From Eubacteriales bacterium (GTDB taxonomy: Bacteria; Bacillota; Clostridia; Oscillospirales; CAG-272): a DNA stretch of 64,000 bases. Positions 38,214-47,370 of this stretch are shown here, in pieces. The position numbers were made by a program, and so were the translations under genes. A model generated the notes under the pieces. It worked only from the letters and a program-made list of their open reading frames with translations. It did no database searches and had not been told where the DNA came from. The stretch covers positions 83,717 through 147,716 of the forward strand of contig JBGVPG010000009.1 in assembly GCA_045126855.1 (NCBI GenBank), given 5' to 3'. Positions within the stretch are counted from its first letter, which is position 1; each line of letters starts with the position of its first letter.

Positions 38214-39285
38214 TCTGTTCTCCCTTCAATCGCTCTGCAGTATCTGCTGCGATAAGGTCATCTACAATGCAATCGATGTCTCCGTTAAGGAAGGCTCCAA
38301 GGGTATAAACCGTCTTATTTATTCTGTGGTCGGTCACCCTGGACTGAGGATAGTTATAGGTACGTATCTTCTCACTTCTGTCACCGCTACCGACCTGACT
38401 TTTACGTGCGGAAGCAATTTCCTCCTCCTGAGCACGAAGCTTCATATCGTATAGCTTGGTATAAAGGAGCTTGAGGGCCTTCTCCTTGTTCTGAAGCTGG
38501 CTTCTCTCCTGGTCACACTCAATCACGATGCCCGACGGCTTATGGGTGAGGCGAACGGCAGACTCGGTCTTATTAATGTGCTGACCGCCTGCACCAGAGG
38601 ATTTGCAGGATTCAAACTTCAGATCCGCAGGGTTGACCTCAACCTCAACGTCGTCAGCCTCGGGAAGAACTGCAACCGTCACGGTAGAGGTCTGAATTCT
38701 GCCGTTGGATTCGGTCACGGGAATTCGCTGAACGCGGTGAACTCCGCTTTCAAACTTAAATCTTGAGAAAGCTCCCTCGCCTATTACGTTGAATGTAATT
38801 TCTTTAAGTCCACCAAGCTCGGTCTCATTCTTGTTAACTACCTCGGTCTTAAATCGTCTCGCTGTGGCATACATGGTATACATACGGTAAAGGTCGGCGG
38901 CAAAAAGTGCTGCCTCCTCACCGCCTGCGCCCTGCCTGATTTCCACAATAACGTTTCTTGAATCGTTGGGGTCTCTGGGCATAAGAAGTATCTTCAGCTC
39001 CTCGGTGATCCTTTCAATGAGAAGTTTATACTCCTTGAATTCCTCCTCGGCGAGATCACGAAGCTCAGGATCGAGACTTGACTCTCGCATCATCTCCTCA
39101 GCATCTTTAAGAGTTTTTTCAGCCTCACGATACTCTCTGTATTTTTCTATAACAGGCTCGAGAGACTTGTACTCCTTAATCAGCTCGGCATATTTTTTAT
39201 TGTTTCCGACGATCTCGGGGAGAGTCATCATCTGCTCGATTTCTCTATATCGATCGTCGGCTCTTTGCAATTTGGAAAAAATCAT
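38203..39285 (-). CDS. prfA: peptide chain release factor 1
   Basis: 360 aa. GGQ loop SGAGGQHINKTESAVR and RF1-type P-x-T tripeptide (RIPVTES). Confidence 0.96.
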   Translation of the reverse strand: MIFSKLQRADDRYREIEQMMTLPEIVGNNKKYAELIKEYKSLEPVIEKYREYREAEKTLKDAEEMMRESSLDPELRDLAEEEFKEYKLLIERITEELKILLMPRDPNDSRNVIVEIRQGAGGEEAALFAADLYRMYTMYATARRFKTEVVNKNETELGGLKEITFNVIGEGAFSRFKFESGVHRVQRIPVTESNGRIQTSTVTVAVLPEADDVEVEVNPADLKFESCKSSGAGGQHINKTESAVRLTHKPSGIVIECDQERSQLQNKEKALKLLYTKLYDMKLRAQEEEIASARKSQVGSGDRSEKIRTYNYPQSRVTDHRINKTVYTLGAFLNGDIDCIVDDLIAADTAERLKGEQNAN

Positions 39286-40700
39286 TTTACGAATGCGCAG
39301 AATGCCTCGTAGGTGGAGTAAACGTCTGCCTTGGAGACAACCTCATAGGGTGCGTGCATAGAGATTACGGGAACACCTAGGTCTACGGTCTCAATGTTAT
39401 GGTTTGCAATGTACATAGCAACGGTTCCACCGCCGCCCATATCAACCTTACCAAGCTCTGCGGTCTGCCAGATAACGCCGTTGTCGTTAAAGAGCTTACG
39501 AACGTAGCCAACGAATTCTGCAGTAGCGTCGTTTGTGCCGGACTTACCTCTGGAGCCGGTATACTTGCTCATTGTAGTACCACAGGAAATAAGAGCGCTG
39601 TTGCGTCTCTCGTATACGTCTGCGAAATTGGGATCGAAGCATGCTGTAACGTCAGCACTGAGGCACTTGCTCTTAGATCTTACAACGATAGGATTCTTAC
39701 CGCAAGCGTGAGAAATCTCGGTGATAAGGTCAACGAGGAATGCAGACTGCATACCGGTAAAGCCAACCGAACCTATCTCCTCCTTATCCGCAAGAACGAC
39801 CATAACAGACTGCTTGGTATCAGCGTTGTCAAGAAGAGCGGTTACCGCAGGATAAGAGCATACTCTGTCGTCATGACCGTAGGATGCAATAAGTGCTCTG
39901 TCAAATCCGATGTCACGTGCCTTGAATGCAGGAACGAGAGAAAGCTCCGCAGAGAGGAAATCCTCCTCGGTTACACCGTACTTTTCGTTGAGAATAGAAA
40001 GTGCGGTAAGCTTGATCTTATCAGCAACCTCTTTATCGTCGTAAGGAAGACCACCAATAAGAATGTTGAGGGTCTCACCGCTGATTGCACTGCCGAGAGG
40101 CTGCTGAGACTGCTGTGCACCAAGATGAGGAAGAAGGTCGTTGATGTAGAAGACGGGATCGGAATCATCCTCACCGATGCATACGTTTACAACCTCACCG
40201 TCTGCCTTCACCATTACACCGTGAATAGCAAGAGGAATGGAGGTCCACTGATACTTCTTAACACCACCGTAGTAGTGGGTCTTGAGGAATGCCATACCGC
40301 TGTCCTCGTACATAGGAACCTGCTTCAGGTCAAGTCTGGGTGCGTCAACGTGAGCGGCAAGGATTCTGATGCCCTCTGTTTCAAGATCGTTCTCACCGAC
40401 GTTGAAGATAATAAGGCTCTTGCCGTGCTGGTTGAGATATCTCTTGTCGCCAACAGAAAGCTTGTCACCAAACTTATACTCGGTATAACCCTTTGCCTTT
40501 GCCATCTCGATTGCAGCTTCGGTAGCCTCACGCTCGGTCTTTGCCTTGTCAAGGAAGCACTTGTATCCCTCGGCATAATCATAGATAGCCTTGATTTTTT
40601 CAGGAGTTGCCTCCTCATAAATGTTCTTTTTCTTGTAGGAAAGCTTATCGAGCATTTCCTGTCCAATAGTCTTTTCGCTCATTTTTATATCGCCTTTCAT
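39282..40700 (-). CDS. M18-family aminopeptidase (aminopeptidase 1-like)
   Basis: Motifs LAAHVDAPRLDLK, LADKEEIGSVG and ISMHAPYE. Start ambiguous: ATG 40700 lies 1 nt after the coaE stop, and ATG 40682 (MSEKT) is the alternative. The stop overlaps the prfA start (ATGA). Confidence 0.8.
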   Translation of the reverse strand: MKGDIKMSEKTIGQEMLDKLSYKKKNIYEEATPEKIKAIYDYAEGYKCFLDKAKTEREATEAAIEMAKAKGYTEYKFGDKLSVGDKRYLNQHGKSLIIFNVGENDLETEGIRILAAHVDAPRLDLKQVPMYEDSGMAFLKTHYYGGVKKYQWTSIPLAIHGVMVKADGEVVNVCIGEDDSDPVFYINDLLPHLGAQQSQQPLGSAISGETLNILIGGLPYDDKEVADKIKLTALSILNEKYGVTEEDFLSAELSLVPAFKARDIGFDRALIASYGHDDRVCSYPAVTALLDNADTKQSVMVVLADKEEIGSVGFTGMQSAFLVDLITEISHACGKNPIVVRSKSKCLSADVTACFDPNFADVYERRNSALISCGTTMSKYTGSRGKSGTNDATAEFVGYVRKLFNDNGVIWQTAELGKVDMGGGGTVAMYIANHNIETVDLGVPVISMHAPYEVVSKADVYSTYEAFCAFVK

Positions 40701-40701
40701 A

Positions 40702-41298
40702 TTAATTTTCAAGTATAATTTTTGCGAGCTTATCTACCTCGGAAGACAGTTCCTCAAGGTTCCCATTATTGTTTATCACGTAACGTGAACGTGAGATAAG
40801 CTCTTCGTTTGACATTTGATTTTGAATTCGCTTCATAGCAGCGTCGAGGGAAATACCGTCACGCTGAATAATTCTCCTGACTCTGACGTCGGTGTCAGCA
40901 ACAACGCAAACGACCTCATCACACTCGGAGTCGAAACCGGACTCATAAAGAACAGGGGCATCAACGATCGCAGCCTCATATCCTGCGCTTCTATATTCGT
41001 CCAGAAGCCTTCTCGTCTCGTCAAGAATAAAACTGTGAGCTATACGATTTAGTAATTTCAGCTTTTCCGCATCACCAAAAACAACGGCTGCAAGCCCTGC
41101 TCTGTCAAGTCCTCCGTCGGCATTTACGATATCATTGCCGAATGATTCCTTCAACGCCTGCATGCATGGACTATCGCCCGAGGTCATCTCGCGGTAAACG
41201 GCATCAGTATCAATGGAAGGAATGCCGTGTTTCTTTAAAATCGACGAAACCGTTCCCTTTCCGCTTCCGCTTCCGCCGCAAAGTCCAATAACCTTCAT
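40702..41298 (-). CDS. coaE: dephospho-CoA kinase
   Basis: 198 aa. P-loop GLCGGSGSGKGT and the typical CoaE fold length. Confidence 0.9.
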   Translation of the reverse strand: MKVIGLCGGSGSGKGTVSSILKKHGIPSIDTDAVYREMTSGDSPCMQALKESFGNDIVNADGGLDRAGLAAVVFGDAEKLKLLNRIAHSFILDETRRLLDEYRSAGYEAAIVDAPVLYESGFDSECDEVVCVVADTDVRVRRIIQRDGISLDAAMKRIQNQMSNEELISRSRYVINNNGNLEELSSEVDKLAKIILEN

Positions 41299-41377
41299 AT
41301 GTGCATATCTCCTCTAAAATCATATTATACTATAAAATACTTATAATTGTCAAGATTTTATTTTAAAGGAGAAAAAT

Positions 41378-42418
41378 ATGTCAGAAAGCAAAACAACATA
41401 TTTTGCGGCAGCAAATAGTTACAATGGATTCTTAGGCTATTTCGACCGGGTGTTCAGATCGGAGAATTTCGATCGCATTTTCGTGTTAAAGGGCGGCCCC
41501 GGCACGGGAAAAAGCAGCCTGATGCGTGCTTTATCAAAAATACTAAGTGATGAAGGATGCGAAATTGAGGAAATACTCTGCTCCTCTGATCCCAAGTCTC
41601 TTGACGGGGTTATTGCCAAAAAAGGAGAAAAAAGAATAGCTATTCTCGACGGCACGTCGCCACACGAACGTGACGCCGTCATTCCGGGGGCAATTGACGA
41701 AATAATCAATCTAGGAGACAACTGGGATGATGGCTGGCTTATAGGAAAAAAGCGAGAAATCATATCGCTCTCCAACGAAAAGAAAAAGGCTTATAAAACA
41801 GCCTACGATTACCTGCATTTAGCCGGTGAAGCCGACAATATGATCAATGGAGTCAAAATGGCATTTTATGATAAAAGCCGTGCAAAAATCGAGGCAGAAC
41901 GACTTTTGCAGCCTTTTATTGAGAAAGAAGACGGTAAAATTTCCACAAGACTGATTTCATCCTTCGGACGCTTTGGCGACTATAAAATCCAGCCATCAAA
42001 AAGCCTTTTTGACAAGCAAATAAAGGTTCAGGGAGATGGAAGATATTTTCTTAAATCCTGCGCTGATTACCTTATTAATAACCAGGTTAATATTACCCTG
42101 TTTCCGTCGGCTAAGGATCCCGAATGCTTCGATGCAATTCTTCTTGAAACCGCACGAATCCTCATTATACAATCGGAGGAAGGCGAAATTAATGGAAGCG
42201 ACTTTTTGAATCTTTCGTCTCTTGATAAGGAACGATGCCGACTTGCCGAAGAGCTTCAAAAGGAGCTTTTGATTGAAGCTGCACGATGGTTTAAAATTGC
42301 CGCAGAGCTCCATTCCTCCCTTGAAGATATCTATTCAGCGGCAATGGATTTCAGCAAAAATGATCGAATTATATCGGATATATATGCAAAAATCGACCGA
42401 ATATTCAAAAACACCTAA
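41378..42418 (+). CDS. uncharacterised P-loop ATPase conserved in spore-forming Firmicutes
   Basis: 346 aa. N-terminal NSYNGFLGYFD followed by Walker A KGGPGTGKSS, then DGTSPHERD and PGAIDEIINLGDNWD. From memory it resembles the CDD PRK06851 family; this was not checked. Confidence 0.6.
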   Translation: MSESKTTYFAAANSYNGFLGYFDRVFRSENFDRIFVLKGGPGTGKSSLMRALSKILSDEGCEIEEILCSSDPKSLDGVIAKKGEKRIAILDGTSPHERDAVIPGAIDEIINLGDNWDDGWLIGKKREIISLSNEKKKAYKTAYDYLHLAGEADNMINGVKMAFYDKSRAKIEAERLLQPFIEKEDGKISTRLISSFGRFGDYKIQPSKSLFDKQIKVQGDGRYFLKSCADYLINNQVNITLFPSAKDPECFDAILLETARILIIQSEEGEINGSDFLNLSSLDKERCRLAEELQKELLIEAARWFKIAAELHSSLEDIYSAAMDFSKNDRIISDIYAKIDRIFKNT

Positions 42419-42466
42419 TTATTTTCGCCTATTTATTGACTTATTTTTAAATTTATGATAATATAT

Positions 42467-42497
42467 AAAAAGGCACGCATCATCGTGCGTGCCTTTT
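42467..42497. terminator. bidirectional terminator between the ATPase gene and ackA
   Basis: 8-bp GC-rich stem ggcacgca / tgcgtgcc, flanked by AAAA and TTTT. Confidence 0.75.
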
Positions 42498-42503
42498 CGC
42501 AGT

Positions 42504-43712
42504 TTATCTGTTCTCTGAAACGATTTTAGCGGTATCGCGTGCTATTACAAGCTCCTCGTTGGTAGGTATCATATAAACCTGCACTGCCGAATCATCTGCA
42601 GAAAGCTTTACGGGAACGTTGGAATGGCCGAAGGTGTTTCTCTCCTTATCCAGCTTAACGCCGAGATATTCAAGCCCCGAAAGAGCGTTCTCTCTTATGT
42701 AGGGAGTGTGCTCACCGATTCCTGCGGTAAATACGATAGCGTTAAGTCCGCCCATTGCTGCTGAGTAAGAGCCTATGTACTTTTTGATCTGGTAGCAAAG
42801 CATATCAAAGGTAAGCTTTGCGCGCTCATTTCCCTCGTCCATAGCCTTTTCAACGTCACGTGCATCAGAGCCAACTCCGCTGATTCCTGCAAAACCGCAC
42901 TTCTTATTGAGGTAGCTGTCCATTTCCGCAGGAGTATATCCCTTCTTCTCCATGATGAAGGGAACGATCGCAGGGTCGATCGCGCCGCATCTGGTGCCCA
43001 TCATAATTCCGTCAAGGGGAGTAAAGCCCATAGAGGTATCAACACACTTGCCGTCCTTAACGGCGGTTATAGACGAGCCGTTACCGATGTGACAGGTTAC
43101 GATCTTTGTGCCCTCGGCATTTCCACCCATAAGCTTTATCATCTCACCGCTTACGTATCTGTGAGACGTGCCGTGCATACCGTATCTACGGATGCCGTAC
43201 TCCTCGTACATATCGTAGGAAATTCCGTATGTGTAAACCTCCTTCGCCATTGTCTGGTGAAATGCAGTGTCAAATACGAGAACCTGAGGGGTCGTAGGCA
43301 TAGCGGCAAGACAGCCCTTAATGCCCATAATGTGAGCAGGATTGTGAAGAGGTGCGTATACGATGCACTTCTCTACTGCCTCAAGAACCTCATCAGAAAG
43401 CATAACGCTCTCAGCAAAATAATGTCCGCCGTGAACGACTCTGTGACCTATTGCCTCAATCTCGTCGGTGGATTTGATGCATCCAACCTCAGCGTCAACG
43501 AGAGTGTCTACAAGCAGCTTCATTGCTTCGGAATGGTCTGCAAGAGGGGTCTGCTTAATATACTCGGATTTCCCCGTAGTTTTGTGGATGATTCTCGATC
43601 CTTCAATACCAATTCTCTCGCAATTTCCCTTTGCGAGAACGGCCTCAGTCTCGGTATCAAGAAGCTGATACTTCAGCGAGCTGGAGCCTGCGTTAATAAC
43701 AAGCACTTTCAT
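42504..43712 (-). CDS. ackA: acetate kinase
   Basis: 402 aa. MKVLVINAGSSSLKYQL, GHRVVHGG and ELVIARDT. Confidence 0.97.
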   Translation of the reverse strand: MKVLVINAGSSSLKYQLLDTETEAVLAKGNCERIGIEGSRIIHKTTGKSEYIKQTPLADHSEAMKLLVDTLVDAEVGCIKSTDEIEAIGHRVVHGGHYFAESVMLSDEVLEAVEKCIVYAPLHNPAHIMGIKGCLAAMPTTPQVLVFDTAFHQTMAKEVYTYGISYDMYEEYGIRRYGMHGTSHRYVSGEMIKLMGGNAEGTKIVTCHIGNGSSITAVKDGKCVDTSMGFTPLDGIMMGTRCGAIDPAIVPFIMEKKGYTPAEMDSYLNKKCGFAGISGVGSDARDVEKAMDEGNERAKLTFDMLCYQIKKYIGSYSAAMGGLNAIVFTAGIGEHTPYIRENALSGLEYLGVKLDKERNTFGHSNVPVKLSADDSAVQVYMIPTNEELVIARDTAKIVSENR

Positions 43713-43745
43713 CTTGAAAAACTCCTTTAATTAATTTACAAGGAT

Positions 43746-43774
43746 ATTATACATCAAACATTTCAATTAATCAA
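43746..43774 (-). promoter_or_regulatory. sigma-A type promoter of ackA
   Basis: On the minus strand: TTGATT (43774-43769), 17-nt spacer, TATAAT (43751-43746). Confidence 0.6.
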
Positions 43775-43806
43775 CACCTTTTGAAAAACTCTTGAAAGGA
43801 AACGTT

Positions 43807-45024
43807 ATGAAGGTCGCAGCTATCATCTCTGAATACAACCCATTTCACCTGGGACACAAATATCAGATAGACATGCTTCGCGAAAAGCTTGGCGAGGATA
43901 CTGCCGTTATAGCAATAATGAGCGGTAACTATACTCAGCGAGGCGAGCTCGCCATCTGCGACAAGACTATTCGTGCAAGATCTGCCGTTGATTGCGGAGT
44001 TAATCTCGTGCTTGAGCTTCCCTTCCCGTTTTCCATGTCCAGTGCAGAATTTTTTGCCAAAAGCGGTGTTAAAATTGCAAGCGAAATCGGCGTTGTCGAT
44101 TACCTGGTTTTCGGTAGCGAAAGCGGTGATATCCGTGAGCTTTCCGATATAGCTTCTATTATGTCGTCGACAGAGTATTCCATGATCCTTGACGATATGA
44201 TCGCATCGCAGGAATATAAAGAATACGGCTATCCCGAACTTTGCGAGATTGCTCTCACAAGGCTGTATGGCAAGGCGCTTTCAAAGGGCCTTCTCTCCCC
44301 AAATAACATTCTTGCTATTGAATACATCAAGGCGCTTTCAGCCCTTGGAAGCAGCATTATCCCTTATACGGTAAAGCGTATTGGCGCAGGCTACAACGAC
44401 CTTATCAATCCTATGACAGATTTCCAGAGCGCCAGCGCTATTCGAGAGGAACTTTTGCAGAACAATATCTCTGCCCTGGATTATGTTCCGAAAAATGCAA
44501 ATGCGGTATATCACTCCGCTATTGAAGAAGGCAAAATGCCTTCGGACTCCACGCTGCTTGACAAAGCAGTTATATCTTCCCTCAGATTAAATTCACCCTC
44601 AAGTGGTGCCGATATTCACGACGCTGCGGGTGGTTTATATAATCGCCTCTGCGACATCAGCGCAGATGCAACCAGCATATCTATGCTAACGGCAGAAGCC
44701 GAGACAAAGAAATACACCAAAGCGAGAATCAGACGCGCAATATGGAACACCTACTTCGGCGTTACCTCCTCCGACGTAAAGTCATTGCCCGCCTATACTC
44801 AGGTTCTTGCTATGGATGATATCGGTCGCGCTCTGCTGAAGGCTATCAAGAAGACAAGCGACTTCCCCGTTATCACAAAGCCATCAAGCTACAAGGACTA
44901 CCCGGATAACGTCGTTCGCCAAAAGGAGCTTTCTAACCGTGCTGACAGTGTATACGGTCTTACGCTAAAAAATGCGAATTCAGGCCGTTTTCCTCTGATC
45001 TTCACGCCTTATGTAAAGGAATAG
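43807..45024 (+). CDS. tmcAL: tRNA(Met) cytidine acetate ligase TmcAL (YlbM/UPF0348 nucleotidyltransferase)
   Basis: MKVAAIISEYNPFHLGHKYQ (HxGH motif) and IMSGNYTQRGE. Start moved to ATG 43807, 6 nt after AAAGGA. Confidence 0.85.
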   Translation: MKVAAIISEYNPFHLGHKYQIDMLREKLGEDTAVIAIMSGNYTQRGELAICDKTIRARSAVDCGVNLVLELPFPFSMSSAEFFAKSGVKIASEIGVVDYLVFGSESGDIRELSDIASIMSSTEYSMILDDMIASQEYKEYGYPELCEIALTRLYGKALSKGLLSPNNILAIEYIKALSALGSSIIPYTVKRIGAGYNDLINPMTDFQSASAIREELLQNNISALDYVPKNANAVYHSAIEEGKMPSDSTLLDKAVISSLRLNSPSSGADIHDAAGGLYNRLCDISADATSISMLTAEAETKKYTKARIRRAIWNTYFGVTSSDVKSLPAYTQVLAMDDIGRALLKAIKKTSDFPVITKPSSYKDYPDNVVRQKELSNRADSVYGLTLKNANSGRFPLIFTPYVKE

Positions 45025-45153
45025 TTTTTTGTGCGAAAACTCCACCCAAAACCTTTGTCAAAGCTATTTACAAGGGTGAATATTATTGCTAAGATATATT
45101 CGTAGGTGGACAGGCAGCCGTCATCTTCAAATAAAAGGAAAGGAGCATTTATT

Positions 45154-45444
45154 ATGTTAAACTTTGAAGGCGTAACAGCCGAGGAATTTGTTGAATACAA
45201 AGGCAAACCCATCGTACGCCAGGGAGACGATATTTTCTACGGCGATCTGTCGGATAAATATTACGTCTACATGATGATTATGTCGGACAAGAAGTCGCCT
45301 AAGGGTGACGCTGACGTTCCCGGCACTATTATGGTTCAGCTTATCGAGAGCAAGACAAAGAAGCCCGAGAAGCAGAAGGTTACCAACGGACTTGCGGAGG
45401 CACTCGAATTTGCTGAGGCTTGGCTCCGTTACAACGACAAGTAA
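45154..45444 (+). CDS. small hypothetical protein (96 aa)
   Basis: AAAGGAG lies 8 nt upstream of ATG 45154; the track ORF starts earlier at a GTG. Soluble, Lys-rich centre, no family recognised. Codon usage is native-like. Confidence 0.5.
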   Translation: MLNFEGVTAEEFVEYKGKPIVRQGDDIFYGDLSDKYYVYMMIMSDKKSPKGDADVPGTIMVQLIESKTKKPEKQKVTNGLAEALEFAEAWLRYNDK

Positions 45445-45491
45445 AAATGCGATTAACGTGTGCATAGTCGCTATGCACAAGGAGGTAAAAA

Positions 45492-46550
45492 ATGAAAACA
45501 AATAAAACAAGCAATCTGCTTCGGTTGATTGCTTTTTTTCTCACCGGAGTGATCCTGGTATGCACATTTGGGTTCACGGTAGACGGCTGGACGAAGGATA
45601 AAGAGCCTGATGGCGACATAGGCACCAAACCGGGTCAAGGCGAAAATGCCCAGGATGATAACGCAATCCCCGATACACCAGCGAAAGCTCCGCCTGAAGT
45701 ATATTACAGCGCCTTGACGGGCATCGAAACCACAAAAGAACTATCAAATAAAGCACCAACGGCCTTTGTTATGGATAAAAATGCCCCCTGCTTTGGACTT
45801 TACGGAGCAGAAATAATTATTGATATTCCAACCGAGCAAAGCAACAGATTGCTCTGCATTCGTACGGATAATCAAAATCTTTGGAAGATCGGATCTATCG
45901 CACCTGCCCGTGGATACATATCAAATTTTGCAAAGTTCTTTGGCGCAGCACAGATCTCCTACGGAACAGATGAAATAGTAAAATATGATAGCTGTAGCAT
46001 CAATTTGTCACACGATCTCAAGGCAAACAGTTCCCTATGTTACAGCGAATATGAAAGATATATTTACACAAACTCCGACCTGATATCCCCTATGCTTCAG
46101 GACTCCGAGCTTCAAGTGACGCTTCCCTATACTCTGGCGCCCATTGAGGAAAAGGTTGCGCTTGAATCCAATGCAACCGTGATTGCCTTCGGCGATTGTG
46201 AGCTAAAATACGACGAAGAAAAGTTTGCCTATTTATGGTACGAGGGCGAGGAGCAAAAAAGAGACCTTATCAACGGCAAAGAGCTTTCATTTGTAAACTG
46301 CCTTGTTTTATTTGCCGATTCCGTAACATACGACAACGCCGGTGGCTGCCAGATGGTAATGAATACCATTGGAAGCGGCGAGGGATATTACGCCTCCCTT
46401 GGCGGTATTACAAGAATAAAATGGACGTCTTCCTTGAACGGAAATATGTCCTTCTTCAACGAAAACGGAGAGCCTCTTGTAATAAACCGAGGCAACGTAT
46501 ATATCCGTGTTTTAAGATCGTCTACCTTTAATGATTTTTTCGTCTCATAA
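45492..46550 (+). CDS. membrane-anchored DUF3048-like (YerB-like) protein, divergent
   Basis: 352 aa. N-terminal TM/signal anchor (LLRLIAFFLTGVILVCTFG) and a low-complexity linker. A region then follows with the DUF3048 layout (ALTG..., KAPTAFVMDKNAPCFGLYGAEIIIDIP, IGSIAPARGY), but the usual ARPQ-type residues are replaced. AGGAGG lies 6 nt upstream. Confidence 0.45.
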   Translation: MKTNKTSNLLRLIAFFLTGVILVCTFGFTVDGWTKDKEPDGDIGTKPGQGENAQDDNAIPDTPAKAPPEVYYSALTGIETTKELSNKAPTAFVMDKNAPCFGLYGAEIIIDIPTEQSNRLLCIRTDNQNLWKIGSIAPARGYISNFAKFFGAAQISYGTDEIVKYDSCSINLSHDLKANSSLCYSEYERYIYTNSDLISPMLQDSELQVTLPYTLAPIEEKVALESNATVIAFGDCELKYDEEKFAYLWYEGEEQKRDLINGKELSFVNCLVLFADSVTYDNAGGCQMVMNTIGSGEGYYASLGGITRIKWTSSLNGNMSFFNENGEPLVINRGNVYIRVLRSSTFNDFFVS

Positions 46551-46555
46551 AAATA

Positions 46556-46603
46556 AATCTCCTTGAGTCACAGATAGTAATCTGTATCAAGGAGATTTTT
46601 TCA
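46556..46603 (+). terminator. rho-independent terminator after the DUF3048-like gene
   Basis: 11-bp outer stem aatctccttga / tcaaggagatt with an inner caga/tctg pairing, followed by TTTTT. Confidence 0.75.
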
Positions 46604-46647
46604 TTTACAGAATTCGATAGGTTTTATATTGCACTACATAGCGTGGC

Positions 46648-46681
46648 CGAAAGAACAAAGGTGGAGTAAAATTACTCCACC
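46648..46681 (-). terminator. rho-independent terminator of the AT-rich gene
   Basis: 9-bp stem ggtggagta / tactccacc with loop aaat. On the minus strand it is followed by tttgttctttc. Confidence 0.65.
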
Positions 46682-46688
46682 ATAATTA

Positions 46689-47246
46689 TTATTCTGAATA
46701 AATAATGCAGTACCTGCTCTCTGCCTCTTTCATCGAATCCTCGGTTTCCGAATCTGTTGTTTCGTGAGTAAATACAACAAACCAACTCATTGAACTGTCA
46801 AATACATATAAATCTTCGGGCAAAATCGGATTTGGATTATACATTCCCTGCTCCCCAAGGATATATGTTTCAAACCATTCCTTTTCAATGAGTTTTGCTA
46901 ATTCCTTGGCATTTGATTTTGCAGCGAATGAACGTATTTTATTTCCATCAATAAAAAGTTCTGCAGAACACGGAACCTTTTCATCTTCTGAAATAAAGAT
47001 TGCACCTCCATTAATATTCGAAAGGAAATCAAGTGCTTCTCGAAAAGAAACTCTTGAATATTTAGAAGATATTTTGTCCCATAAATAAGAACGATTATAG
47101 AATTCAATATCCACTACCTGATTTTTCTTTGACATTTCATCAATAAACGCTTTAAGTTCTACTTGAAACTCATCCCAAGACATTACAAAACGATCAATAA
47201 ATTTTCTTCTTATTTCTTCGTTATTTTCCAAAAGTGTAATTTTCAT
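46689..47246 (-). CDS. hypothetical cytoplasmic protein, compositionally foreign (possibly immunity-protein-like)
   Basis: 185 aa with no TM helix. Clearly AT-rich, and it uses TTA, TCA, AGA and ATA codons that the neighbouring genes avoid. It has a consensus promoter, AAGGAGA SD and its own terminator. No confident family assignment. Confidence 0.55.
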   Translation of the reverse strand: MKITLLENNEEIRRKFIDRFVMSWDEFQVELKAFIDEMSKKNQVVDIEFYNRSYLWDKISSKYSRVSFREALDFLSNINGGAIFISEDEKVPCSAELFIDGNKIRSFAAKSNAKELAKLIEKEWFETYILGEQGMYNPNPILPEDLYVFDSSMSWFVVFTHETTDSETEDSMKEAESRYCIIYSE

Positions 47247-47266
47247 AGCATCATCTCCTTAATTAC

Positions 47267-47295
47267 ATTATAAAGTATGCTTTTGAAAAAGTCAA
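47267..47295 (-). promoter_or_regulatory. consensus sigma-A promoter of the AT-rich gene
   Basis: On the minus strand: TTGACT (47295-47290), 17-nt spacer, TATAAT (47272-47267), then AAGGAGA 7 nt before the ATG. Confidence 0.65.
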
Positions 47296-47370
47296 TACAT
47301 CAGTATAAATCCCCTTTATTTACAAATACTAACAACGTACCTTAAAAATAAAGGAGATTTTTGTATATAT

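Noticed and set aside
39399-40718. 439-aa plus-strand ORF antisense to the M18 aminopeptidase.
   Set aside because: Same codon-aligned antisense frame as the real gene (both 0 mod 3). No translation signals and no recognisable domain. The sense strand carries clear M18 motifs.
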